Of a stretch of DNA of 37,318 nt, positions 1 through 7,231 are shown piece after piece (positions within the stretch are counted from its first letter, which is position 1; each line of letters opens with the position of its first letter). A model generated the notes under the pieces. That model made no database searches. It was not told the DNA's origin and was given only the letters and a program-made list of their open reading frames with translations. This stretch comes from Thermoplasmatota archaeon. GTDB taxonomy: Archaea; Thermoplasmatota; E2; JACPAO01; JAHFTW01. The position numbers were made by a program, and so were the translations under genes. The DNA lies in contig JBHELM010000228.1 in NCBI GenBank assembly GCA_046352715.1, positions 1-37,318 on the forward strand, in the 5' to 3' direction.

Positions 1-77
1 TGGGCCGCCGGGGCCGCCGGGGCCGCCGGGGCCGCCTGGGCCGCCGAGGCCGCCTGGGCCGCCGGGGCCGCCTGGGC
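1..77. repeat. Exact 77-bp copy of window end 37242..37318 (circular-contig overlap)
   Basis: Base-by-base comparison of 1..77 with 37242..37318 shows identity. The overlap is limited by the window edges. Confidence 0.95.
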
Positions 78-176
78 CGCCGAGGCCGCCAGGGCCGCCA
101 GGGCCGCCAGGGCCGCCAGGGCCGCCAGGGCCGCCGAGGCCGCCGGGGCCGCCAGGGCCGCCGGGGCCGCCTGGGC
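1..176 (+). repeat. 9-bp in-frame tandem repeat NRG-GCC-GCC, 20 units (distal half of a ~35-unit array)
   Basis: Direct reading gives units TGG/GGG/GAG/AGG + GCCGCC in the order W G G G W E W G W E R R R R R E G R G W. Confidence 0.95.
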
Positions 177-240
177 CGCGCGCAAGAAGGCTGTCCTCAC
201 CATGCGCGACATCGTTCTCGAAGAACTCCGCAGGGCCTAG
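1..240 (+). CDS. 3' part of the triplet-repeat protein gene (continues from 36633..37318 across the circular junction)
   Basis: Frame 1 is open from base 1 to TAG 238-240. It reads (W/G/E/R)-Ala-Ala x20, then the tail RKKAVLTMRDIVLEELRRA. The frame is continuous with the open frame at the window end once the 77-bp overlap is removed. Confidence 0.7.
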   Translation, partial: WAAGAAGAAGAAWAAEAAWAAGAAWAAEAARAARAARAARAARAAEAAGAARAAGAAWAARKKAVLTMRDIVLEELRRA

Positions 241-294
241 TCTGTCTCGGCAACCTCAAAACCCCAGGCCACGGTCCAACCCGCGAGGCCCAAA

Positions 295-1209
295 ATGCCG
301 ACCCTGGAGAACCGCAGCCGCGACCTGACCCCCCTCAAGCAGGGCCTCAACTTCTTCGTGGACGCCACGGACGGCAGCGACCTCAACTCGGGCCTCTACC
401 CCGGCCAAGCGGTCGAGACCTTCGAGCAGGTCGTCGCCAACATCGAGGACCGCATCGCCAAGGGGCAGCGCGTCACCGGCCTCCACATCGAGCCCGGCGA
501 CTACGACGAGAACGTGGTCATCCCCCGCAGCATCGAGCGCCTCACCATCACCGGCCGGGGCGGACCCGGCAGCGTCAGCGTGAACGCCGTCGGCGCCAAC
601 GCGGACGCCATCACCGTCCACGGCCGCGATGTCCGCCTGGAGAACATCAACGGCGCGGGCACCGGCACCGGAGCGGGCCTGGTCGTGACCGGCCGCCGCT
701 TCTCGGCGGACGCCTGGTGCAAGTTGGAGAACCAGGACGGCACCGGCAAGGCGCTCGTCCTCGGCCCCGGCCTCGTCGCCGACATCAACGCGGGCCTCGC
801 CGACAAGGGCGACTTTGCCCGTTTCGAGGGCACTCTGTTCGCCTACGCCGCGCAAGCCGTCGTCCTCCAGGGCAGCGACTACGGCGCGAGCGGCCAGAAC
901 GAGTTCATGGGGTGCCGGAGCCTCGGCATCACGGGCGCGCACTTCGCCGAGGCGCACCTCGCGGGCGGCGCGGCCTCCCTGCACTACAGGGACCTCCGCA
1001 TCAAGGGCCACTCGTTCGAGTTCGGCACCGACGACGACGGCGTGGTCATCAACCCCACGCGGTTCCTGGACCTCAACGACGACAACGGGAACCAGGGCAA
1101 GGTGGAGGACTCGTCGTTCCCGGTCGCCAAGGCGGGCGCGCAGAACGTGGTCTCTACGCTCCTGGTGGGTGTGGGGAACCACTTCACGGACGGCGACGCG
1201 GCGTTCTAG
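295..1209 (+). CDS. Right-handed beta-helix (pectate-lyase-fold) protein, tailspike/depolymerase-like
   Basis: 304-aa ORF with strong third-position GC. The N-terminus FFVDATDGSDLNSGLYPGQAVETFEQ resembles the cap of pectin-lyase-fold proteins. The rest is Gly/Asn/Asp-rich with short periodic strands. Confidence 0.6.
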   Translation: MPTLENRSRDLTPLKQGLNFFVDATDGSDLNSGLYPGQAVETFEQVVANIEDRIAKGQRVTGLHIEPGDYDENVVIPRSIERLTITGRGGPGSVSVNAVGANADAITVHGRDVRLENINGAGTGTGAGLVVTGRRFSADAWCKLENQDGTGKALVLGPGLVADINAGLADKGDFARFEGTLFAYAAQAVVLQGSDYGASGQNEFMGCRSLGITGAHFAEAHLAGGAASLHYRDLRIKGHSFEFGTDDDGVVINPTRFLDLNDDNGNQGKVEDSSFPVAKAGAQNVVSTLLVGVGNHFTDGDAAF

Positions 1210-1236
1210 GCTTCGGGTCGAAGCGTCTAAGGCACG

Positions 1237-1476
1237 ATGCGCGCTCCTCGCTGCATGACGTTCAGCGTCACCCCTGTCCCCTCCGCCACCCTGACCATCA
1301 CCGCCGCCGCCAGCACGGGCGGCGACGGCTCGACCTCGACGGTCGCCATCACCCACGCCGTCACCGGCTGGGTCCAGGGCTCCCTCATGGTGTTCGCCTA
1401 CTGCGCGGACCCGTCGAGCGCCGAGGCCATCCGCAGCCTCCTCCAGGCCGCCGAGAACGTGAAGCCCCTGCTCTAG
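1237..1476 (+). CDS. Hypothetical protein (79 aa; alternative start ATG 1255)
   Basis: ORF with high third-position GC. No recognisable motif. Confidence 0.5.
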   Translation: MRAPRCMTFSVTPVPSATLTITAAASTGGDGSTSTVAITHAVTGWVQGSLMVFAYCADPSSAEAIRSLLQAAENVKPLL

Positions 1477-1486
1477 GCGGCTGGGC

Positions 1487-1642
1487 ATGGACGACGCGGC
1501 GTGGCCGCGCAGGAGCATCGTGGGCGGCCCTCGTCGCCGTGGCCGCCGCGTCACGCTGCCCGCCGCTGCCACGCGCATCCGTGACGCCCTCACCGCCCTC
1601 CTCGCGCTCCGCCGCCGCCCACCCGGAGCCACCCCCGCATGA
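1487..1642 (+). CDS. Small Arg-rich protein (51 aa), possible ribbon-helix-helix DNA binder, coupled to terL
   Basis: Not in the ORF track because it is under 60 aa. It runs ATG 1487 to TGA 1640-1642, and the stop overlaps the terL ATG as ATGA. RRVTLPAAATRIRDALTALL looks like a strand-helix RHH start. Third-position GC is moderately high. Confidence 0.4.
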   Translation: MDDAAWPRRSIVGGPRRRGRRVTLPAAATRIRDALTALLALRRRPPGATPA

Positions 1643-3087
1643 CACTCGCCACGCTCGGCACCACGCCCCTGCTGGACGACGACCTCATGCGCCACCTGGT
1701 CAAGACCGAGGACATCGGCACCCTCGTCCAGGGCCTCTTCGGCTACGACCTCTCGCCCGGCCAGGAGCGCATCGCCAGCACCGTTGCCTTCCCACGGGGC
1801 CGCGAGCGCGTCACCGTCCTCGCCCCCACGCGCTACGGCAAGACCCGCTCGTTCAGCCTCGGCCTCGCCACCCGCTTCCTCGTGGACCCCAAGCCGCTCG
1901 TCGTGGAGGCAATCGGCCCCTTGGAGGAGCAGGCCCAGATTCTCCGGGGCTACATGGCCCACGCCATCATCCGCCAGCCTCTCCTCGGCGCGATGGTGGA
2001 CAGCCGAGGCGGCAGCACCGTCGAGGCGCTCAAGAAGGAGGTGTCGCACAAGCGCATCACGTTCACGGACGGCAAGCAGTTCACCGTCCGCACCGCGCAG
2101 GGCGACGCCGACCGCCTCATGGGGTCGGGCGGCGACATCATCGCCAAGGACGAGGCGTGCCTCATCAGCCCGGAGGCCGACGCGAAGATTGCGCGTATGC
2201 TCGGCGACTCTCCGGAGGCGGAACTCTACGAGTTGGCGAACCCGTGGCACCGCGAAAACGCCTTCTTCAAGCACACGCAGGACCCCTCCTTCACGAACAT
2301 CCACATCCCCATCGAGCAGGCGCTCGCGGAGGGCCGCATCGACCCCCGCCACCTCGCCGACATGAGGCGCGACATGGCGCCCACCATGTATCAGGTCCTC
2401 TACCTCTCGCAGTTCCCCGACATCGCCGAGGACCAACTTATCCCGTGGGGGTGGATTCAGCGCGCCGTCCGTGCGACGCCGCCGGGCAAGCCCAGGTGGT
2501 CGCCGCCCGCTGGGCAGGGGTGGCGTAGGCAGGCGGGCGCTGACATCGCGGAGGGCGGCCTGGACAAGACCGTCGTGGCGCGCGGGTGGCGCCGCTTCGA
2601 GGAGAAGCGCCTCGTCGTCCTGTCGTGGAGGTCTTGGCAGATTGCGGACACGATGGAGACCGCCACCCGCATCGACGCGGAACTGGAGGCGGACGAGACC
2701 GTGGCGGTGGACGAGAACGGTGTCGGGAAGGGCGTCGCCGACTACTTGCGCCGCATGGGTCGCACCGTGTTCGGGTTCAAGGGCGGCAGGAAGGCCAGGA
2801 ACCCGGAGCGGTTCTTCAACGCCACGAGCGAGGCGCTGTGGTTGCTCCGGCGCGGCATGGAGGAGGACCTCGTTGAACTCCATGACCCACCGCAAGCGGT
2901 TATGACGGACCTGACGAAGTGGCGCTGGAAGGTGGTGGGCGGGCGCATCAAGGTCGAGGTGGAGGGCGGGAAGGAGGGCGGGAACTCGCCGGACCACGGG
3001 GACGCCTTAGCGATGATGAACTACTCGGAGGCGGGCGGGGAGCGTGGCAGGCGGATTCAGGGTCGTGACCCGTTGGGGATGCGCTGA
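1639..3087 (+). CDS. terL: Terminase large subunit
   Basis: 482 aa. It has Walker-A-like APTRYGKT, Walker-B-like IIAKDEACLI, and nuclease-domain acidic motifs GADIAEGGLDKT and SPDHGDALAM. The portal gene lies downstream. Confidence 0.85.
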   Translation: MTLATLGTTPLLDDDLMRHLVKTEDIGTLVQGLFGYDLSPGQERIASTVAFPRGRERVTVLAPTRYGKTRSFSLGLATRFLVDPKPLVVEAIGPLEEQAQILRGYMAHAIIRQPLLGAMVDSRGGSTVEALKKEVSHKRITFTDGKQFTVRTAQGDADRLMGSGGDIIAKDEACLISPEADAKIARMLGDSPEAELYELANPWHRENAFFKHTQDPSFTNIHIPIEQALAEGRIDPRHLADMRRDMAPTMYQVLYLSQFPDIAEDQLIPWGWIQRAVRATPPGKPRWSPPAGQGWRRQAGADIAEGGLDKTVVARGWRRFEEKRLVVLSWRSWQIADTMETATRIDAELEADETVAVDENGVGKGVADYLRRMGRTVFGFKGGRKARNPERFFNATSEALWLLRRGMEEDLVELHDPPQAVMTDLTKWRWKVVGGRIKVEVEGGKEGGNSPDHGDALAMMNYSEAGGERGRRIQGRDPLGMR

Positions 3088-3103
3088 GAACCATCATGGA
3101 AAG

Positions 3104-3150
3104 TTAATATATTTGCCACGACTACAGGAGGGGTGGTGACACACACCATG
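3104..3150 (+). promoter_or_regulatory. Promoter-like element P1 (AT-rich box + GCCACGACTAC box + CA-rich leader)
   Basis: TTAATATATTTGCCACGACTACAGGAGGGGTGGTGACACACACCATG. Bases 3115..3152 match 24328..24365 at 37 of 38 positions. Confidence 0.5.
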
Positions 3151-3480
3151 CACCTGAACCCCCGCCTCCGCGACGCCCTCCTCGTCCTCCTTGCCCTCTG
3201 GCTCGGCGCCTACGTCCACGAATCCATCCACAGCGTCCAGTCCGCCGCCCTCGGCAACGGCTGGAGCGTCCCCTACCTCCGCCCCATGCCCTTCCCCTCC
3301 GACTGTCCCCCCGAGTGGCTCGGCTGCACCGACATCGGCGAGGGCGCCCACACCTCCTTCTGGACCGGCGAGGGCGTGGCCTACCTGGTCGAGGCCATCG
3401 TGACATCGCTCTACACCTACATCTTCCTGACCATGAAGCGCAAGCCCAAGGAGGCCACGGATGCCGACGCCGCCGAGTGA
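3133..3480 (+). CDS. Small membrane protein with an HExxH (HESIH) motif; start ambiguous (GTG 3133/3136 or ATG 3148)
   Basis: Hydrophobic segments ALLVLLALWLGAYV and VAYLVEAIVTSLYTYIFLTM flank HESIH. Third-position GC is strong. P1 lies immediately upstream. Confidence 0.65.
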   Translation: MVTHTMHLNPRLRDALLVLLALWLGAYVHESIHSVQSAALGNGWSVPYLRPMPFPSDCPPEWLGCTDIGEGAHTSFWTGEGVAYLVEAIVTSLYTYIFLTMKRKPKEATDADAAE

Positions 3481-3916
3481 CTTCCTCGACCGCTGGAACG
3501 CCCTCCGCGCCATGAGCGACGAGGACCTCCGCTCCGCCTACCGTGCGAGCCTGGACGAGCGCCACCGCCTCGACCCCACCACCATGCCAGCGGGCCTCAT
3601 CGACGCCAACCTGCGCGCCTTCGACACCCTCCTCAAGAACGGCCGGAGCCGCGAGGGCATGGTCGGCTTCGTGCGGGCGAGCGAGCAGGTTGCCCTCCGC
3701 AAGCGTGAGCGCCTCGCCCGCGAGCAGCAGACCGGGGGGGGTCGGCGATGCCTGACCCGAAGGACCTGGCGACCCGGTGCGCCGAAGCGGCAGCGGGCTT
3801 CATCCTCGCCAACCGCAAGGGCCTCGCCGACCCCAGCCTCGCCGCCGTCTGGGCGGAGGCCATCCGCCGCGAGGTCCACCTCGCGGCCACGCCGCGCCCG
3901 CCGCCGGGCTGCGTGA
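3461..3916 (+). CDS. Hypothetical protein; the ORF as read looks coding only up to the G8 tract at 3734..3741
   Basis: AAGGAGG sits 6 nt upstream of ATG 3461. The codon bias collapses after the G8 run. Removing one G gives ...TGGVGDA followed by stop TGA 3753-3755. Confidence 0.45.
   Translation: MPTPPSDFLDRWNALRAMSDEDLRSAYRASLDERHRLDPTTMPAGLIDANLRAFDTLLKNGRSREGMVGFVRASEQVALRKRERLAREQQTGGGRRCLTRRTWRPGAPKRQRASSSPTARASPTPASPPSGRRPSAARSTSRPRRARRRAA
3734..3741 (+). repeat. G8 homopolymer at a gene junction
   Basis: Read directly: accGGGGGGGGtcggcgATG. Confidence 0.95.
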
Positions 3917-4059
3917 AGTGCGGCGCCGCGCCGGAGGGCACCCTCACGAACGTCACGACCGGCAAGCCGGAGGCGTTCTGCCGGGAGTGCGCGGTGCGCG
4001 CCATCGACGCGGGCTCGCACGGCCAAGACCGTCCGCTCCACGGAGACCCGGCGGCATGA
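3748..4059 (+). CDS. Hypothetical zinc-ribbon-like protein (CxxC ... CxxC)
   Basis: 103 aa with GCVKCG and FCRECA motifs. Third-position GC is high from ATG 3748 onward. Confidence 0.65.
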   Translation: MPDPKDLATRCAEAAAGFILANRKGLADPSLAAVWAEAIRREVHLAATPRPPPGCVKCGAAPEGTLTNVTTGKPEAFCRECAVRAIDAGSHGQDRPLHGDPAA

Positions 4060-4280
4060 GCGCCGACGACCGTAGCCAGCACCAGGAGCAATGTGGCAAG
4101 GTTGGATGGTGTGTTTGGGGCGCGAAGGACTGTCCGGCGCGCGAGGTTCCGTGGTGGCGCCCCTTCGCCCTCGCTGCCTGCTCCGCTGCGGGCTGGATGC
4201 GAGAGGAGGCCCGCATCTGGGGCCGCCTGTTCAAGGCCGTCTTTGAGGCCCTGTTCGGCGGAACCAAGTCGAAGAAGTGA
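4056..4280 (+). CDS. Hypothetical small Trp/Cys-rich protein (74 aa)
   Basis: ATG 4056 overlaps the upstream stop as ATGA. Only the distal part of track ORF 3777..4280 looks protein-like. Confidence 0.55.
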   Translation: MSADDRSQHQEQCGKVGWCVWGAKDCPAREVPWWRPFALAACSAAGWMREEARIWGRLFKAVFEALFGGTKSKK

Positions 4281-4327
4281 AGCACCTCCCAACCAGTCAC
4301 CCCACGGCGCTCGGGCCAACAGCATCA

Positions 4328-4374
4328 AGGGGAGCCGGGACCCGAGCGCCCGGTGTGTGTAGCCCGGCTCCCCT
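4328..4374 (+). terminator. Strong GC-rich stem-loop (12-bp stem), terminator- or attenuator-like
   Basis: 4328-4339 aggggagccggg pairs perfectly with 4363-4374 cccggctcccct. It sits in the only non-coding gap between the P1 gene set and the portal gene. There is no adjacent U-tract. Confidence 0.45.
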
Positions 4375-4417
4375 CCAACTCGCAGCCCTTTTCACAAGGG
4401 ACAGGCATCGAGGCCCC

Positions 4418-5743
4418 ATGCAGGCGGCCACGCCCGAGCAGGTCCGCGCGGGCATCGAGCGCAACGACGACGGCAAGCCCGAGCGCGCCGTCAGCCTCCG
4501 CCGCGCCACCGAAGCCGCCCGCCGAGGCGCGCAGGCCGCCGCCCGCAACGGCGCCGCCCGCCTCGACTGGCGGACCTGCGAGGCCATCGTCAAGCAGGAG
4601 CCGTTCATCGAGCGGTGCATCACGAAACAGACCGGCGACCTCGTGAAGCACGGTTTCAAGGTGGTCAAGAGGGGAACGGAGGAAGTCCACCCCGACGACG
4701 ACCTGGTGCAGGCGTGGCTCGCCGACTCGGAGGCGTTCAGCCGCGTCCGGCAGGCCCTCGTCTATGCCCACGTTCACCGCATCGGCGGCCTCATGGAAAT
4801 CGAGTGGGACGACGACGGCGCCCCCGACACGCCGGTCTCCGAGTCGGCCGTGCCCGTCGCGGCCCATATCATCGACCCCGTGGGCATCCGCTTCGAGAAG
4901 GGCCGCAAGGGCGCGGAGAAGGGCGTGGAGTTCCTCGTGCAGGAACGCTACGGCGAGAAGCCCGTGGTCCTGCACCCCGACCGCTACGCCCGCTTCCACT
5001 TCCACTTCCTCGGCGAGCCCTTCAGCAGCGTCGAGGTGGCGTATCACGCCTGCATGGCGAAGGTGAAGGGCGACCAGGGCACCGGGGAGTTCGTGTTCAA
5101 TGCCGGGCAACCCAAGGTCCACGCCATCGTCAAGGAGGCCAAGCCGGGCGAGATTGAGGACACAATTGAGATGGTGAACTCGCCCGACTTCGTGCGCGGC
5201 TACGTCACCGACGAGCGCACCACGTTCACGCAACTCAACCCCGTCGGCTTCGACCCCACCCCTTTCTATGCCGAATGGAAGGGCTCCGCCGCCGCTGCCG
5301 TCGGCGTCCCGGTCGCGCTCGCGGAGGGCGTCCAGGCGGGCGCGGTGACGGGCTCGGAGACCAACCTCGCCGACTACCACTCGGACCTCCGCCTGGTCGA
5401 GGTGGTGCTGCTCCAGCCGTTCTTCAAGCGCCTCATCAAGGGGCTCCTGGGCGCGGTGGACTTCGACATCCGGTGGAACGACCCGCCGACGCTGCCGACC
5501 GTGGAGTCCTCGCAGCGGCGCGAGAAGGCCGCCGCGCTCAACCAGTTCATCGCGGCCGGGCTCACGAAGGAGGCCGCCGCCCGCGAGGCGGGCTTGAAGT
5601 TGTCGCCCGACGACTTCGAGCCGGATGCGCCCGTGCTGCCGCCGGTCGAGCCAGGCCCCGGTGGCGCTCCGCCGCGCGAGACCGTGCCGCGCGTCGTGCC
5701 GCCCGGCGCGCAGCCGCCCGCGCCCGCCCCGGCTGCGGCCTGA
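4418..5743 (+). CDS. Portal protein
   Basis: 441 aa from ATG 4418. The track start GTG 4277 is rejected because 4277-4417 lacks codon bias. It lies between terL and the MuF-like gene and has a Pro-rich C-terminus. Confidence 0.7.
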   Translation: MQAATPEQVRAGIERNDDGKPERAVSLRRATEAARRGAQAAARNGAARLDWRTCEAIVKQEPFIERCITKQTGDLVKHGFKVVKRGTEEVHPDDDLVQAWLADSEAFSRVRQALVYAHVHRIGGLMEIEWDDDGAPDTPVSESAVPVAAHIIDPVGIRFEKGRKGAEKGVEFLVQERYGEKPVVLHPDRYARFHFHFLGEPFSSVEVAYHACMAKVKGDQGTGEFVFNAGQPKVHAIVKEAKPGEIEDTIEMVNSPDFVRGYVTDERTTFTQLNPVGFDPTPFYAEWKGSAAAAVGVPVALAEGVQAGAVTGSETNLADYHSDLRLVEVVLLQPFFKRLIKGLLGAVDFDIRWNDPPTLPTVESSQRREKAAALNQFIAAGLTKEAAAREAGLKLSPDDFEPDAPVLPPVEPGPGGAPPRETVPRVVPPGAQPPAPAPAAA

Positions 5744-6543
5744 TGCCGCCGTTCATCCGGCCCCTGGCCGACCGCTTCCAGGTCGAGGCGTGGCTCGCCA
5801 TCCAGCGGGACCTCCTGAAGGTCGCCCGCATCCTGCACCCGAGGGCCTACGGGCTCGGGGCGAAGAAGGCCGAGCAGGAACTCCAAGTCACCGACCTCCT
5901 CGACCCACGCGGGCAGGCGTTCACGTTGGAGTTCAACTACCGGAGCATCCGGTCCCTGACGGCGCGCACGAGCGTCCTGGTGGAGGACGCGGTGCGCGAG
6001 GGCATCCGCGAGGGGCTCGGCGTGGACGACATCGTGAAGCGCATGGACCGCCTGCTGGAGGGTCGCGTGGCGACCGTGGCGACCATCGCGCGCACGGAGG
6101 CGAACCGCGCCGCGAACTGGGGCCGATTCAACGGGTGGCGCCGCTCCGGCGTCGTGCGGCGGAAGGAGGCCATCGCCACCTTGGATGACCGTGTGCGCCC
6201 CGACCACCTTGAGGCCCACGGCGAGGTCGTGCCGCTCGACGCCGTGTTCCATGAGGGTGCGGCTGCGGGGAAACTGGCGCCGCCGTGGGACCCGAACTGT
6301 CGCTGCACTATCGCGCCCGTGACCGGCCTCTCCGAGCCGGGGCGGGACCGCGAGGAGGCGGACACGTTCGCCCGCGAGCAGGGCATCGACCTCGCCGCCA
6401 AGCGCCACGCCATCCCTGGCCTCGTCGCCTTCGAGGATGAGTATGCCGCCGCCCTCGCCCAAGCGTGGCGCGCGGGGAAGGCGCATCTCATCGAGGCGTT
6501 CCGCAACGCCAATCAGGGAGCCGTCCCCATCCAGGAGCCATGA
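5743..6543 (+). CDS. Head morphogenesis protein, SPP1 gp7 / Mu F family
   Basis: Motifs ARTEANRAANWG ... DDRVRPDHLEAHGEVVPLD ... PPWDPNCRCTIAP. ATG 5743 overlaps the portal stop (TGATG). Confidence 0.8.
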   Translation: MPPFIRPLADRFQVEAWLAIQRDLLKVARILHPRAYGLGAKKAEQELQVTDLLDPRGQAFTLEFNYRSIRSLTARTSVLVEDAVREGIREGLGVDDIVKRMDRLLEGRVATVATIARTEANRAANWGRFNGWRRSGVVRRKEAIATLDDRVRPDHLEAHGEVVPLDAVFHEGAAAGKLAPPWDPNCRCTIAPVTGLSEPGRDREEADTFAREQGIDLAAKRHAIPGLVAFEDEYAAALAQAWRAGKAHLIEAFRNANQGAVPIQEP

Positions 6544-6821
6544 AGCAGGTCCCCGAGGGCAGCGAGCCGGTGGGCGCGTCGTGCCCAACGTGCGGCGCGG
6601 ACCTAGTGGCGCCGCCCGGCGACGACGGCGTGGCGTGGTGCCCACGCGACGGGTGCGAGGAGACCTCGTTCGGGTTCGTGCGTCACCTGCTCATGGTGGT
6701 CAAGCGCCCGAAGCGTGACCCGGAGCAGCCGCCCGCGCCCCTGCCGGTGCCGGAGGTCCACCCGGTCGAGACCGTGGACGACCTCGTGGACAGCCTCGAC
6801 GGTGCGCTCGATGTCCTTTGA
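6540..6821 (+). CDS. Small zinc-ribbon protein (93 aa)
   Basis: ATGA overlap with the upstream stop. Motifs CPTCG ... WCPRDGC. Confidence 0.55.
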   Translation: MKQVPEGSEPVGASCPTCGADLVAPPGDDGVAWCPRDGCEETSFGFVRHLLMVVKRPKRDPEQPPAPLPVPEVHPVETVDDLVDSLDGALDVL

Positions 6822-7200
6822 GGTCCGGCTCCCGAAGTCCCTGCGGAAGGGCTACCGGGCCAAGGAGAAGCGCGACCGCATCCTCCTCGCCGTGAGCCTG
6901 GAGGCCGAGCGGCGCGCGAAGTTGAAGGCGCCCGTGAACCACGGCCGCCTCCGCTCAAGCATCGAGGGCGGCGTGGACGACCAAGGTGGCTTCGTGCGCG
7001 CGCAGACCACCTACGCCGCGTTCAACGAGTTCGGCACCATGTCGCGCGGCGCACAGACCGACCCCGGCCCGACGCCCTCGTGGTATCAGCACAGCGGCAG
7101 GCCGGGCGGCTTGGAGGCCACGCCGTTCCTCCGCCCAGCCGTCCAGTCGATGCGCGGCGCCGACATCGCAGATATCGCGCGCAGCAACTCGCAGGATTGA
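6811..7200 (+). CDS. HK97 gp10-like head-tail joining / tail completion protein
   Basis: 129 aa. NHGRLRSSIEGG ... VRAQTTYAAFNEFGT matches the gp10-family pattern TG.LR.SI ... YA..vEfGT as I recall it. Confidence 0.55.
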   Translation: MSFEVRLPKSLRKGYRAKEKRDRILLAVSLEAERRAKLKAPVNHGRLRSSIEGGVDDQGGFVRAQTTYAAFNEFGTMSRGAQTDPGPTPSWYQHSGRPGGLEATPFLRPAVQSMRGADIADIARSNSQD

Positions 7201-7231
7201 AGTAGGTCCTTCAGGGTATGAGCGAACGGGG

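Noticed and set aside
1-176. 9-bp repeat array as a CRISPR array, or the G-A-A units as a collagen-like Gly-X-Y domain
   Set aside because: The units are contiguous with no spacers and lie in an open reading frame. The first position alternates among W, E, R and G, so there is no uninterrupted Gly-X-Y run of collagen type.
256-2997. 913-aa minus-strand ORF spanning the beta-helix gene, small ORFs and terL
   Set aside because: It is a typical high-GC shadow ORF. The translation is Arg/Ala/Gly/Leu/His-rich low-complexity sequence with no motifs. The + strand frames carry clear terminase motifs and the expected codon bias.
3104-3114. AT-rich boxes as archaeal TATA boxes, implying a haloarchaeal virus (high GC, no endolysin)
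   Set aside because: The proteins are Arg-rich and not strongly acidic. Several families present (Gp37/Gp68, ERF-like, MuF, SEC-C) and the SD-type ribosome-binding sites point to a bacterial host.
4277-4417. GTG 4277 (GTGA overlap) as the portal start, as in the ORF track
   Set aside because: The 141 nt before ATG 4418 lack third-position GC bias and contain the 12-bp hairpin. The bias switches on exactly at ATG 4418.
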